Below, one piece after another: positions 1 through 9,902 of a DNA stretch of 64,000 bases (the stretch's first letter is position 1; every line of letters starts with the position of its first letter). Source of the stretch: an uncultured delta proteobacterium (GTDB lineage: Bacteria; Desulfobacterota; Desulfomonilia; Desulfomonilales; Desulfomonilaceae). The translations under genes were made by a program, and so were the position numbers. The notes below the pieces were generated by a model. It worked only from the letters and a program-made list of their open reading frames with translations. It ran no database searches and had not been told where the DNA came from. The stretch lies in the NCBI GenBank assembly GCA_963789265.1, contig CAWBKB010000006.1, positions 96,001 to 160,000 on the forward strand, given 5' to 3'.

Positions 1-950
1 GGAAGTCTACCGAGCACTTAGAGGCGACAATTCTCTGCCGGTTAAGAAAAAAGCGTTTGAAAACGTCGTGGAATGCGGCGTGAACAAACTTGCCGTCATC
101 TCGACAGTGGCCAACGGAATTAACGATCGGAATATGAAGGAACTACTTGATTTTATCCACGAATACAGGGAGCACGTCTCGGTTTGGGCTTTTGTGCCTC
201 TGACCCCGTGCTGGGAAGGCTCGGACGTAGATTTGGAACCTACCACCACCGAATGCGTTGAGAACATATTCGAGACAATGGTCCCTGAAATCGAGTTTGT
301 CTCCACAGGTATGATGAATTTCACTGTTCTGTCACGTTTTTTCGGAAGGCAGACCCTTGGAGGGTCTCATCCCAATTGCGAGAGCGCTACGTTGCTTGTG
401 TCCGATGGAGATCAATACGTTCCGATATCCAGCTATCTTACCATGCCTCTTTCAGAACTCTTGGTTCGTCTGCGGGAATTGGATTCTCGTCTTGCCTCGA
501 AAGGGGCTTTTCTGCAGGCAACCGGTTTGCGAAGGCGTCTATTCGAAGCCCGGGCCGTGATAGGCATGATGCGCGTTTTCAAGAAGGCTCTGGATTTCAA
601 GAAGATATTTGGAAAACCGGCCCTGATCAACGCGGCAAAAGCAGTGGCTGACCTTATTCGAGGAAGAAAAATCGACCGAATACTAAAAGAGAGGACTTCT
701 TTCAAGCATATTCTCACCCTTCTAACAATACCGTATGAAGACAAGGGAGGTTCTGGAAGACGCGCGCCTCAGGGATTGCCCCGCCGTATTCGCCTATGAG
801 GATATTGACACGGGACGTATTCGTACAACCGCGTTTTGCTCATGGCAAACCGTGAAGGACGACGTTTGTCGCAAAATCCAAGCATATTATGACTCCCGGG
901 CAGGTTATGAACTTGGCTTCAAACAGGTCAGCGCGCAAAAACGCGGATGA
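1..950 (+). CDS. Radical SAM protein, 3' part, MJ0619/tetraether-synthase (Tes)-like family; 5' end outside window; frameshift at ~751
   Basis: ORFs 68..799 and 735..950 join by removing one T at 751-752. Motifs YRALRG..KKKAFENV..STVANGIND, SHPNC and C-terminal D-x-R-x3-C...G-x5-AFC resemble this family. The CxxxCxxC motif is not in the window. Confidence 0.55.
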
Positions 951-959
951 ATCCAATCC

Positions 960-2069
960 TCAAGACTCTTCGATCAATTTCCTGAATCTATCAAACAAGT
1001 ACCGGGAATCGTGCGGCCCGGGTGAGGCTTCGGGATGGTACTGTATCGAAAACAGAGGATATTTCTTGTGGACAAATCCCTCAACCGTCCGATCGTTGAG
1101 GTTAACGTGAGTGATTGCGCATTCAGATCGTACTGATTCCGGATCTACCGCGAAATTATGGTTCTGGGATGTTATCTCGACGTGACCTGTTTCCAGCCTC
1201 CGGACCGGATGATTGGCGCCATGATGCCCGAAGGTGAGTTTAAAGGTCTTGCCGCCGAGAGCAAGTCCGAGTATTTGATGCCCTAAACAGATTCCAAAAA
1301 TAGGCTTCTTGCCGATGAGTTTCCGGACGTTCTCGATTGCATACGTGGCAACCTGCGGGTCACCAGGGCCATTCGACAGAAAGATTCCGTCGGGCTCGAA
1401 TTCCAGCACTTCATCCGCAGGTGTGTCCGCGGGGAACACCCTCACTTTTGCCCCCGCATCTACGAGCAGCCTCAAGATATTTTGCTTTATCCCGAAATCA
1501 TAAGCCGCGACCCGGAATTGCGGCTGCGGCCGTTCCGGCGAGGCATTCCACCGCCAGGTGGGTTCATCCCAGTCATAAGGCTCGGAGCAAGTTACCTCTT
1601 TGACGAGATCCAGGCCCTCGATGTCGGGAAAATCGCGCACCTTTTTCTCGAGGCTTTCGTGGCCGTGATCTTCCGTGGAAATTATCCCCTTCTTCGCGCC
1701 GGTCTCCCGGAGGTTTCGCGTCAGTCTTCGCGTGTCGATCCCATGGAGCCCCATTATTCCATGTTTCTTGAGGAAATCGCCCAAATCATCGTTTTTTCGC
1801 CAGTTACTCGGGTGAGGGCAAAACTCCTTGACGATGAAGCCCGCGAGGTAAGGTCGAACAGCTTCGTTGTCCTCAAAATTTACACCCGTATTTCCTATAT
1901 GAGGGTAAGTCATCGTGACTATTTGCCCTCGATAGGACGGATCCGTGAGTATCTCCTGATACCCGGTGATCGCCGTATTGAAGACGACCTCGCCGACCTT
2001 TTCACCCGTAGCACCGACAGACGATCCTCGGAAGATTGTGCCGTCGGCCAATACCAACGTTGCTTTCAT
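960..2069 (-). CDS. carA: Carbamoyl-phosphate synthase small subunit
   Basis: GEVVFNTAITGYQE, SNGPGDP, GICLGHQ and QYHPEASPGP motifs. Confidence 0.97.
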   Translation of the reverse strand: MKATLVLADGTIFRGSSVGATGEKVGEVVFNTAITGYQEILTDPSYRGQIVTMTYPHIGNTGVNFEDNEAVRPYLAGFIVKEFCPHPSNWRKNDDLGDFLKKHGIMGLHGIDTRRLTRNLRETGAKKGIISTEDHGHESLEKKVRDFPDIEGLDLVKEVTCSEPYDWDEPTWRWNASPERPQPQFRVAAYDFGIKQNILRLLVDAGAKVRVFPADTPADEVLEFEPDGIFLSNGPGDPQVATYAIENVRKLIGKKPIFGICLGHQILGLALGGKTFKLTFGHHGANHPVRRLETGHVEITSQNHNFAVDPESVRSECAITHVNLNDRTVEGFVHKKYPLFSIQYHPEASPGPHDSRYLFDRFRKLIEES

Positions 2070-3248
2070 AGGTTTTCCTTTGAGAATGCCTCGAGCCGTT
2101 CCATTGCCTCGTCGATGCGTTCATCCGGAGAAGTCATGGAAAGTCTGAAGAAATTCTCGCCGCTGGGTCCGTAACCGACGCCGGGAGTGACAATGAGGCC
2201 TTGCTTCTCAAGTAGGTCGGCGCAAAATGCCACTGAAGATGTGTAAGGCTCCGGAATGTGAACCCAGAAGTAGTAGCTCGCCCTGGGAAGCCGGAACCGG
2301 TAACCAAGACCCGCCAGTCCTGCGGCGATTCGGTCTCGGCGTTTCTTGAACAGCAATGTTCGCTCCTCACTGAAGCCCTGGGCATCCGGGTGCCCGAGCG
2401 CGCGTGCCGCAACTCTTTGAATGGCCATGAAGACGCCGGAATCAAAGTTTGACTTCAATGTGAGGAAAGCGTCGATCAGGTCTTTTCCGCCTACGACGAA
2501 TCCTATTCTCCAACCGGTCATATTGAAGGTCTTGGAAAAGGAGTGGATCTCTATGGCGATATCCCTGGCCCCTTTGACCTTCATTATACTTATCGGTCGA
2601 TCCTCTTCCTTAAAATATACCTCCGAATAGGCGTTGTCAGCCAGAATCACCAGATTATGTTTTCGTGCAAATGTTACGAGTCGCTCGAAAAAGCCTGTGT
2701 CGGCCACTGCCGCGGTCGGATTGTTAGGATAATTTACAAACATTATTTTAGCCCTGTCAGCGATGACCGGATCAATGCCGTCTAGTTGCGGAAGGAACCC
2801 TTTCTCTTCCACCAGCGGAACTCGAACCACCTTTCCCCCGGCGAAGCCAATGGCTGCCTCATATACCGGATATCCCGGATCGGTGACGATTCCAATGTCT
2901 CCGGGATCCAGGAAAACAAAAGGCAGGTGCGAAACCGCATCCTTGGCGCCAATCACCGCCATCACCTCGGTGCGAGGATCTAACTCGACATCGAAGCGCT
3001 TCCGGAAACCAACTCGTCACTTGCTCGCAGAAATCGGGCTCTCCTTTGTAGCTCGGGTAAACGTGATTACACGGATCGTGGATCTCTTCATTCATCAAAT
3101 TGAGAATGAAGTCAGGTGTCGGCCGGTCAGGGTCCCCTATGGCCAAAGAAACAACATCTATTCCTTTTTCCTGAGCAGCCTTCCGCTTTTCATCGATCAA
3201 ATGGAAGAGGTACGGGGGTGTTTCCGTTACCCTCCTGGATAATTTCAT
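2066..3248 (-). CDS. dapL: LL-diaminopimelate aminotransferase-like class I/II PLP aminotransferase (frameshift ~3007)
   Basis: N-terminus MKLSRRVTETPPYLF...IGDPD (ORF 2859..3302) joins NYPNNPT, DNAYSE and SFSKTFNMTGWRIG (ORF 2066..2965). Confidence 0.8.
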
Positions 3249-3668
3249 GTGATCCTCCAGCACGTGCAATAAAATAAAATAAGCTCCCCCGCGGTGGGAC
3301 ACTCTCGACCGCTTTTATGCCTCGGCGTTCTACAATGAGTCTGTTGTGTCGGAATCGGAGCTTCCGCAGGTGCGGAGCGGAATAGTTAATGTAACATTTT
3401 CGTGTGGAGGAATTCAACACCGTATGACCGGAAAATGGTCAAGGAGAATACAACCGATTCCGCATTTAGAGACGGGACCTCTAGGATAATTCTTTGCAGG
3501 CCGTGCAAACTATCAGGTTGGCCGCTGATCGTGGCCCAACCTTGCGCACCGGTTATTCCTTGACTTTGCCTCTCATTTGCTCTTATTTTCAAAAGAATTG
3601 TCTGCGGAGAAAAAATACATCAAGTGGTTGCCTTTCCTGAAACAATTCTGAATTGCCTTTGTCTGAAC

Positions 3669-4283
3669 ATGGTAAGTTTGTTCTTGTTCTCAGCTTTTAA
3701 GCCTGAGACAGACGAAGACAGGGAAATAGTAGAAAGGTGTGTTCGAGGCGACCGAGAGGCCTTCGACATTCTCGTTGAAAAATATTACAAGAAGATCTAC
3801 AACTTGGCCTATCGGTTTGTGGGCGACTCTGAGGAGGCCAACGACCTGGCGCAGGAGGTGTTCACTGCTGCGTATCAAAACCTGAAGAAATTTCGAGGAG
3901 ACGCCAAGTTTTCGACGTGGCTGTTTCAAATTGCTACCAACAGAGGCAAAAACAGGTTTAAGTACCTCAAAAGGAGAGGTTACTTTGCCAACAGAGGTCC
4001 AACGAACGGTGAGGAGGAAAGGGATTCTTTGCAGAGAGCGATTCCGGACCTAAGCACCAATCCGGAAACAATTCTCGCTGGTAAACAAATTCAAAAGATC
4101 GTTCAGGACGCAATTAATGACCTGGATCCGGATCACAAGGAAATAGTGATTCTAAGAGATATAGAGGGTTTTTCGTACGAAGAGATAGCGAGGATACTAA
4201 ATCTTCCGGAAGGAACGACCAAATCTCGCCTCCACAGAGCGCGGATGGTTGTAAAAGAAAAATTGAAGAAGGCGTTGTCATGA
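3669..4283 (+). CDS. ECF RNA polymerase sigma factor (RpoE/SigW-like)
   Basis: Region 2 (DLAQEVF, FSTWLFQIATN) and region 4 (SYEEIARILNLPEGTTKSRLHRAR). Start may be 3624. Confidence 0.93.
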   Translation: MVSLFLFSAFKPETDEDREIVERCVRGDREAFDILVEKYYKKIYNLAYRFVGDSEEANDLAQEVFTAAYQNLKKFRGDAKFSTWLFQIATNRGKNRFKYLKRRGYFANRGPTNGEEERDSLQRAIPDLSTNPETILAGKQIQKIVQDAINDLDPDHKEIVILRDIEGFSYEEIARILNLPEGTTKSRLHRARMVVKEKLKKALS

Positions 4284-5191
4284 GCGAATGTGAACGAATC
4301 AGCGGCCTATTCGGGGATCTTCACGAGGATCAAGTGGATGGTGAGACTGAGCGAATAGTGCGGATGCACCTTCACGGTTGTCCGGGTTGTCGAGAAGATT
4401 TCAAATGGTACGGACTGACCGTCCAGGCATTAACCAGCATGGAACGAGTCGCCCCCCCCGGAGATTTTACTGTCCGGCTCAATGCGAGACTTCGTGATGA
4501 CCCGCCTTCTTCTCTACTGGATTTTTTTCGAAATGTTCTTTGGTCCGTACCTTATGTTCCGCTCCCCGTGGGCGTCCCTGCGGTCGTGTTTATCGCTGTT
4601 GTCGGGTTTATCTTCTATAATTATGTGCCAACGGGAATGACGCCGTCCTTGGTATCGCACGCGTCCTTGTACGATTCAAGTCCCCAATCGGGCCGGCTCG
4701 TGCGAATGGCTCCCATCAACGCCGGTAAGACTGTGCCGGGCCGGATGCCGGGTAGCACGCTAGTGGCCGCGTCCGAAACCAATCCCTCCGCCCCCCCCAG
4801 CCACCTCCCGCTTTTAGCCAAGTCAATACCGAATTCGTTAGGCAGCAACATTGAAGCAGAGAGTCAGGGCTTCCCCACCATAGCCGATCGGATCGGAGCG
4901 GACAATCTTACGGTCGAAAGCGCCAGTGTTGATCAGGCAGTCGAGTCTTTGAAGCGTATATTGCCTAATATTCAAGGAAGATTGGTTGATCGGTTGAATC
5001 GTGGCCGTGTTGGAGAAGTTGTGGTGGGTGTCATGATTCCTTCAGACACGTACGGAAATCTTACCACCGAATTGATAAACCATGGCGCAGTGGCAGCCGG
5101 TATGGAGGGTTCGGATGTTGGGGCCCCGTCACCTGCGAAGAAAGAAGGCAACAACGTCCTACTTTATATCCGTTTTGTCCACACACGTTGA
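4280..5191 (+). CDS. Zinc-binding (zf-HC2) membrane anti-sigma factor
   Basis: HxxxCxxC (HLHGCPGC), one TM segment, 4-bp overlap with the sigma gene. Confidence 0.85.
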   Translation: MSECERISGLFGDLHEDQVDGETERIVRMHLHGCPGCREDFKWYGLTVQALTSMERVAPPGDFTVRLNARLRDDPPSSLLDFFRNVLWSVPYVPLPVGVPAVVFIAVVGFIFYNYVPTGMTPSLVSHASLYDSSPQSGRLVRMAPINAGKTVPGRMPGSTLVAASETNPSAPPSHLPLLAKSIPNSLGSNIEAESQGFPTIADRIGADNLTVESASVDQAVESLKRILPNIQGRLVDRLNRGRVGEVVVGVMIPSDTYGNLTTELINHGAVAAGMEGSDVGAPSPAKKEGNNVLLYIRFVHTR

Positions 5192-5345
5192 CCCACCCTG
5201 AGGAGCGCTTTTTAATTTATGCTGCCACCCCCCCATGCCCGGGGGAAGACGACATTCATCCCGCCAGAATCCAAACAACCGATTGCCGCCGCCATAGGCC
5301 CTTCTCGCGGGCCGTCCAAACCAGCAAAAGAAAGGATGGGGTCTA

Positions 5346-6419
5346 GTGAAACTGGGTATCATCGGATTGCCGGGAAGCGGGAAAAGCACGGTGTTCAAGG
5401 CATTGACCGGCGGAATTGAATCCGGCGAACACAGAGGCCACCAGGAGCCCGGCCTGGGGGGGGTGAAGGTCACTGATCCCCGTCTCGACTTCCTTGTGGA
5501 ATATCAGAAACCCAAAAAAATCACGCCTGTGCACGTAGATTACCTGGATATTGCGGGAATTACAGGCGAAGGAATACCCGGACGCTCCATAGGAGACAAA
5601 ACTCTGGCTTACATTCGTCCAGTGGATGCCATCCTTCACTGCATAAGGTTTTTTGATTCTCCTGTCCTGGGTCGGCCGGAACCTTTAAAGGACTATGTCT
5701 CGGTTGAAGAAGAGTTGATTCTCTCAGATCTGGCCATAGTCGAGAAGCGCATCGAACGCGTTGGTAAGGACGTTCAAAGAGGCCGCAAGGATCTCGCGCA
5801 TGAACTCGACCTTCTTCAGCAAGCCCATGAGCTACTTAATGACAGCAAGCCACTGCGCCTTTTTCCGTCGGCGGTTGAAGCGGAGGAACTCAGGGGGTTC
5901 TCATTTCTATCTGCAAAGCCGGAGCTTATCTTGATCAATGCAGGCGACAACAAAAGCCGAGAGGACATCGAGTCCACGTTGGAGCAAATCACGAATCGAG
6001 TGAAAGGCCAGCCAAGTGTGGCACTGGACTGGCTCTATGCCGATACTGAAGCGGAAATCGCCTCGCTCGGCGAGGAGGACGCGCGGGAGTTTCTCAGCGA
6101 CTTGGCGCTGGAAGAGGGGGCTAAGGAAAGAATAATAAGAACATCTTTTGCTCTCCTCAATCTTATCGTCTTCTTTACCGTAGGGGAACCCGAAGTCCGG
6201 GCGTGGCAACTTGTCAAGGGAAAGACAGCGGTCAAAGCCGCAGGAACCATTCACTCGGACATAGAAAGAGGTTTCATAAGGGCAGAGATAGTCTCATACG
6301 ACGACTTCAAGGAGGCAGGTTCGATGGTCGCGGCCCATAAAGCCGGTAAAGTGCGCCTCGAAGGAAAGGACTACGTAATGAAAGACGGAGATATAGCCCT
6401 ATTCCGTTTCAACGTGTGA
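5346..6419 (+). CDS. ychF: Obg-family ATPase YchF
   Basis: GLPGSGKST, DIAG, GTIHSDIERGFIRAE and C-terminal EGKDYVMKDGDI..FRFNV. Confidence 0.93.
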   Translation: MKLGIIGLPGSGKSTVFKALTGGIESGEHRGHQEPGLGGVKVTDPRLDFLVEYQKPKKITPVHVDYLDIAGITGEGIPGRSIGDKTLAYIRPVDAILHCIRFFDSPVLGRPEPLKDYVSVEEELILSDLAIVEKRIERVGKDVQRGRKDLAHELDLLQQAHELLNDSKPLRLFPSAVEAEELRGFSFLSAKPELILINAGDNKSREDIESTLEQITNRVKGQPSVALDWLYADTEAEIASLGEEDAREFLSDLALEEGAKERIIRTSFALLNLIVFFTVGEPEVRAWQLVKGKTAVKAAGTIHSDIERGFIRAEIVSYDDFKEAGSMVAAHKAGKVRLEGKDYVMKDGDIALFRFNV

Positions 6420-6461
6420 CAAGTGTTCGCACGGTCAATTGTTCCTTCTGTCAGATATTAG

Positions 6462-6593
6462 GTTTTCGCTGAAGGCTGGCTTCAAGGCTCGAAGGCGTGG
6501 GGTCGGCCTGTAGATGTGCTCGTAATGCCGGATGGCGCGCTGCTTGTATCAGACGACGAGGCGGGAGCGATTTATCGCATCAGTTATAAATGA
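6462..6593 (+). pseudogene. C-terminal remnant of a glucose/sorbosone (PQQ-type) dehydrogenase gene
   Basis: Manual translation VFAEGWLQGSKAWGRPVDVLVMPDGALLVSDDEAGAIYRISYK*, preceded by in-frame TAG (6459-6461) and no start codon. Confidence 0.75.
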
Positions 6594-6889
6594 GTACCAA
6601 TCAACCATTCTGTGTCCCCTTCCTTGCTAATCGTAAGCTATTGGTTTTCAGCAAAAAAGTGACATTAAACCTTTGGGGTGAGCTTTCCAGCCCGCCTTTT
6701 ACTTAACTTGACTAGCGGCAAGGAGTCCCGCGCCTCGCCGGACTGCCACAGGTCGGTGAATGCTTGGTGCTAATAGGTGTTTTTTATTGCTTTTTTCAGC
6801 CTCGTGATGTATGGTAAGTTATTCTAGCTGAATCAAGTCTTTGAAGTTGTAGAGTTGAACCTGTTGGAGTGACGAGGACGCCGCAGCGT

Positions 6890-8180
6890 ATGAACACGAC
6901 CATCGAATCGCTAGGAGAGCCTCGAATAGACTCTCTCCTCAAACGGGCCGAGTGGGTGGAAGACAACGAACAGGTGCTCTTTGATCTCTCGCCCGATGGA
7001 ATCGTTCGGGAAATCGGGGAGGGTCGGACCCCGGTTTCGTTCATGAAGGCCGGAGCTCGTCGAAAAATCTTCTTTGATCCCAGCAAATTGAAATGTGCGA
7101 TGGTGACCTGTGGCGGACTTTGCCCCGGACTCAACGACGTTATCCGGTCGCTTGTGCTGACTTTGCACCACATCTACGGTGTCAAGAATGTGCTTGGCAT
7201 CAGGTACGGGTTACAGGGTTTTATCCCGCGGTACGGGCATCCGGTCATGGAACTCACGCCCGATGCGGTAGCAACTATCAGCGGGCAGGGTGGGACCATT
7301 CTCTCGTCGTCGAGAGGGCCTCAGCCCATCGATCAAATCGTGGACGCTCTCGAACGTATGAATGTAGGGATTCTTTTCGCCATCGGAGGAGACGGCACGT
7401 TTCGGGCCGTGTCGAAGATAGCGGATGAAATCCGCTCGCGAGGGGCCAAGATCAGCGTGATTGGAATCCCCAAGACCATTGACAATGACATCAACCTGCT
7501 TTCACGTTCCTTCGGATTCAATACGGCAGTGAGCATGGCTACCCGAGCTATTGCCGCGGCGCATGTGGAAGCCACCGGAGCGCCCAATGGTGTGGGACTG
7601 GTAAAATTGATGGGGCGTCATTCCGGTTTTATCGCTGCCAGCGCCGCTCTGGCAAAGCGCGACGCGAACTTTGTTTTGATACCCGAGTCTGATTTTGACT
7701 TGGAAGGCCCGCATGGTCTATTAGCAGAACTCGAGAGACGCCTGGAAGCCCGGAAGCACGCAGTCATAGTGGTGGCGGAAGGAGCCGGGCAAAAGTTTTT
7801 CAATATGGAAGGTACCGATGAGTCGGGAAATCAACGGCTCGGAGACATAGGTGCTTTTCTAAAAAATACAATCACCGAGCACTTTAAGGCTCGAGGGGTA
7901 GATCTGAATCTGAAGTATATAGATCCTAGCTATATGATCCGCTCCGTGGAAGCCACCGCCAATGATGCGATCTTCTGCGGCTTTCTAGGCCAGAACCGCG
8001 GTGCATGCGGGAATGGCGGGCAAAACCAATATGGTGGTTGGGACCTGGAACGACGAATTCGTCTACGTCCCGATAGATTTGGTGGTGGAGGGGCGTAGGC
8101 GTTTGGATCTGCGAGGAAAATTGTGGGCAAGTGTCCTGGAAGCAACCGGCCAACCTGCTCTGACGGATGAGAACGCTTGA
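6890..8180 (+). CDS. pfkA: ATP-dependent 6-phosphofructokinase (frameshift ~7996)
   Basis: TCGGLCPG, GGDG, PKTIDND, MGRHSG. Removing one C restores ...QNAVHAGMAGKT...LEATGQP to TGA at 8178-8180. Confidence 0.9.
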
Positions 8181-8367
8181 GAGATTGTCGCTGGAGTGTC
8201 GACTGTTGGTTTAACCTTTTGGGATGGTCCGAAAGTGTCGTCTAGGAGAGCGTTGCAACGATATGGTGCTCCGGCGGCACCTGTTGTGGCACTTTTTCTG
8301 AGACGGGTGTCAGGACACTGGACTATTGCCGAAATATTATTTATGATTAAGCGAATGGAGGTATGAA

Positions 8368-8703
8368 ATGAGTGGGAAGTTCATCGTTGTTGTTGTCGGC
8401 CTGCTGTTGGTGCTGCTCATGGCGGCTTGGAGTCACGCCGGCCCGCTGTTCGTAGCAACTGCCAAGAATGCGAGGGGGGCCTTGTATCTAGGATTTGGCC
8501 CTACACCTGGGCATGCCTCGGAAATGGCCATAGTCAAGTGCTCTCAGGATTCGTTTGTACCGCCTAGTTGTAAGGTAGTATGTGTACGGATGGAGTGTCC
8601 TCCTCCCGTTTGCCTTCCTCCCATGCACAGGCCTATCCACAAGACCAGGATAAGCAAGGTCTGTCCGCCCCCAGGATATGGCTGGGGCCGGCCTATGCCT
8701 TGA
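8368..8703 (+). CDS. Small secreted Cys/Pro-rich protein
   Basis: GGAGG RBS, Sec signal (AWSHA cleavage), tail CPPPVCLPP...CPPPGYGW. Confidence 0.75.
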   Translation: MSGKFIVVVVGLLLVLLMAAWSHAGPLFVATAKNARGALYLGFGPTPGHASEMAIVKCSQDSFVPPSCKVVCVRMECPPPVCLPPMHRPIHKTRISKVCPPPGYGWGRPMP

Positions 8704-8772
8704 CGAAAACAGCTATTTCTTTGATATTGCCCTTCGGACCCAATGGTTCGAGGGGCATTTTCAGGCACTACA

Positions 8773-9375
8773 ATGAAAAAGTTCCTGACTTATGCACTGG
8801 CGGCACTGGTGATCGCACTGGCGGTTTACGGGGGGATCACTCTGTTATCCGGCTTTCTGAATAAGTCCCCCGGACAGCTCGCGACGGAAATGGCTCAGCC
8901 TTTTGCCCACGCGACTGTCGACGCGGCCGGGGACAGGTTGACGCAAACTCTGAATAAGACTCCGGATGCTCAACTGGAGAAGAATTCCGAATGGATGGCG
9001 AGTAAACTTTACCCTATTGGTAAAGGCATAATCAAAGGCGGAGCTGAGTCGTTCCTCCAGGACCCGCAGCGGAGCGAGGTCCCCGACAAAATGTATCAGG
9101 CCGGCAAAGAGTTTTCCGAGACTATCCTCAAACCCTTCACTCGCGGAGTTTATGAAAGCAATCAGAAGAATCTTCAAGAAGCGGACAAGACGCTTCAGGC
9201 GCTCCGAAAATTCAGTGACACCAATAGCGACCTGATGAACGCGTTATCGCAAGGCTTAGATACATTGATTAAGAAATTTAAAGAGAATCCGCCACTCCGG
9301 CCCGAACTCCCGCCAATTCCTCCCGGGCCGACGCCCCCGCCTTCTCCCGGCGGTGCTGGTACGCTCGGACGCTAG
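8773..9375 (+). CDS. Membrane-anchored hypothetical protein with Pro-rich C-terminus
   Basis: MKKFLTYALAALVIALAVYGG N-terminal hydrophobic helix, helical body. Confidence 0.7.
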   Translation: MKKFLTYALAALVIALAVYGGITLLSGFLNKSPGQLATEMAQPFAHATVDAAGDRLTQTLNKTPDAQLEKNSEWMASKLYPIGKGIIKGGAESFLQDPQRSEVPDKMYQAGKEFSETILKPFTRGVYESNQKNLQEADKTLQALRKFSDTNSDLMNALSQGLDTLIKKFKENPPLRPELPPIPPGPTPPPSPGGAGTLGR

Positions 9376-9488
9376 CTTTACTGCTCGAAAGAAACCTCGC
9401 AGGCCCCTCCGAGCATTCAAGATTTTTGGCTAAACCCCGACATCTGCTGGTGAACGCCCCGGCAGCAGCAGGCCCACGCGCTGTACTA

Positions 9489-9724
9489 AAGCGTCTGCCA
9501 AAAGTAAAGTCCGTTTGGCCGCCCGATGCCAAGAATGCTTAACATACTTCGCTGTGGACGTTTAGCCGTCATTCTCGCGTACGCGGGAATCCACTGTAGG
9601 GGCACCCCTCGTGGGTGCCCGGAAGAGGGCAGACACAAGATCTGCCCCTACAGACCTCGGATCGGAGTCCGGGGTGACCCCGCGGGACGCGGGGCAAATC
9701 GGTCAAAACTTTTGGCAAAGCCTA
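9489..9724. mobile_element. MITE-like element (GCCAAAAGT-type TIR) carrying REP-like palindromes
   Basis: TA|AAGCGTCTGCCAAAAGT ... ACTTTTGGCAAAGCCTA|TA; internal GTAGGGGCA...TGCCCCTAC doublet. Confidence 0.7.
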
Positions 9725-9902
9725 TAATCATTCACGGACGCGGGACTCGCAATTGTAGATGATCTTTCTCTGCTCGTAAGTGATTGATCATGAGCTGCAT
9801 TCCTGTTTTCTTTACACCTTCCCGGGTTTAAGGTAGGATGCCCGGCAATGAAATCACCGTCGAACAATACACCTGCCGGGGAAAGGGGATAAAGCAAGAA
9901 AC

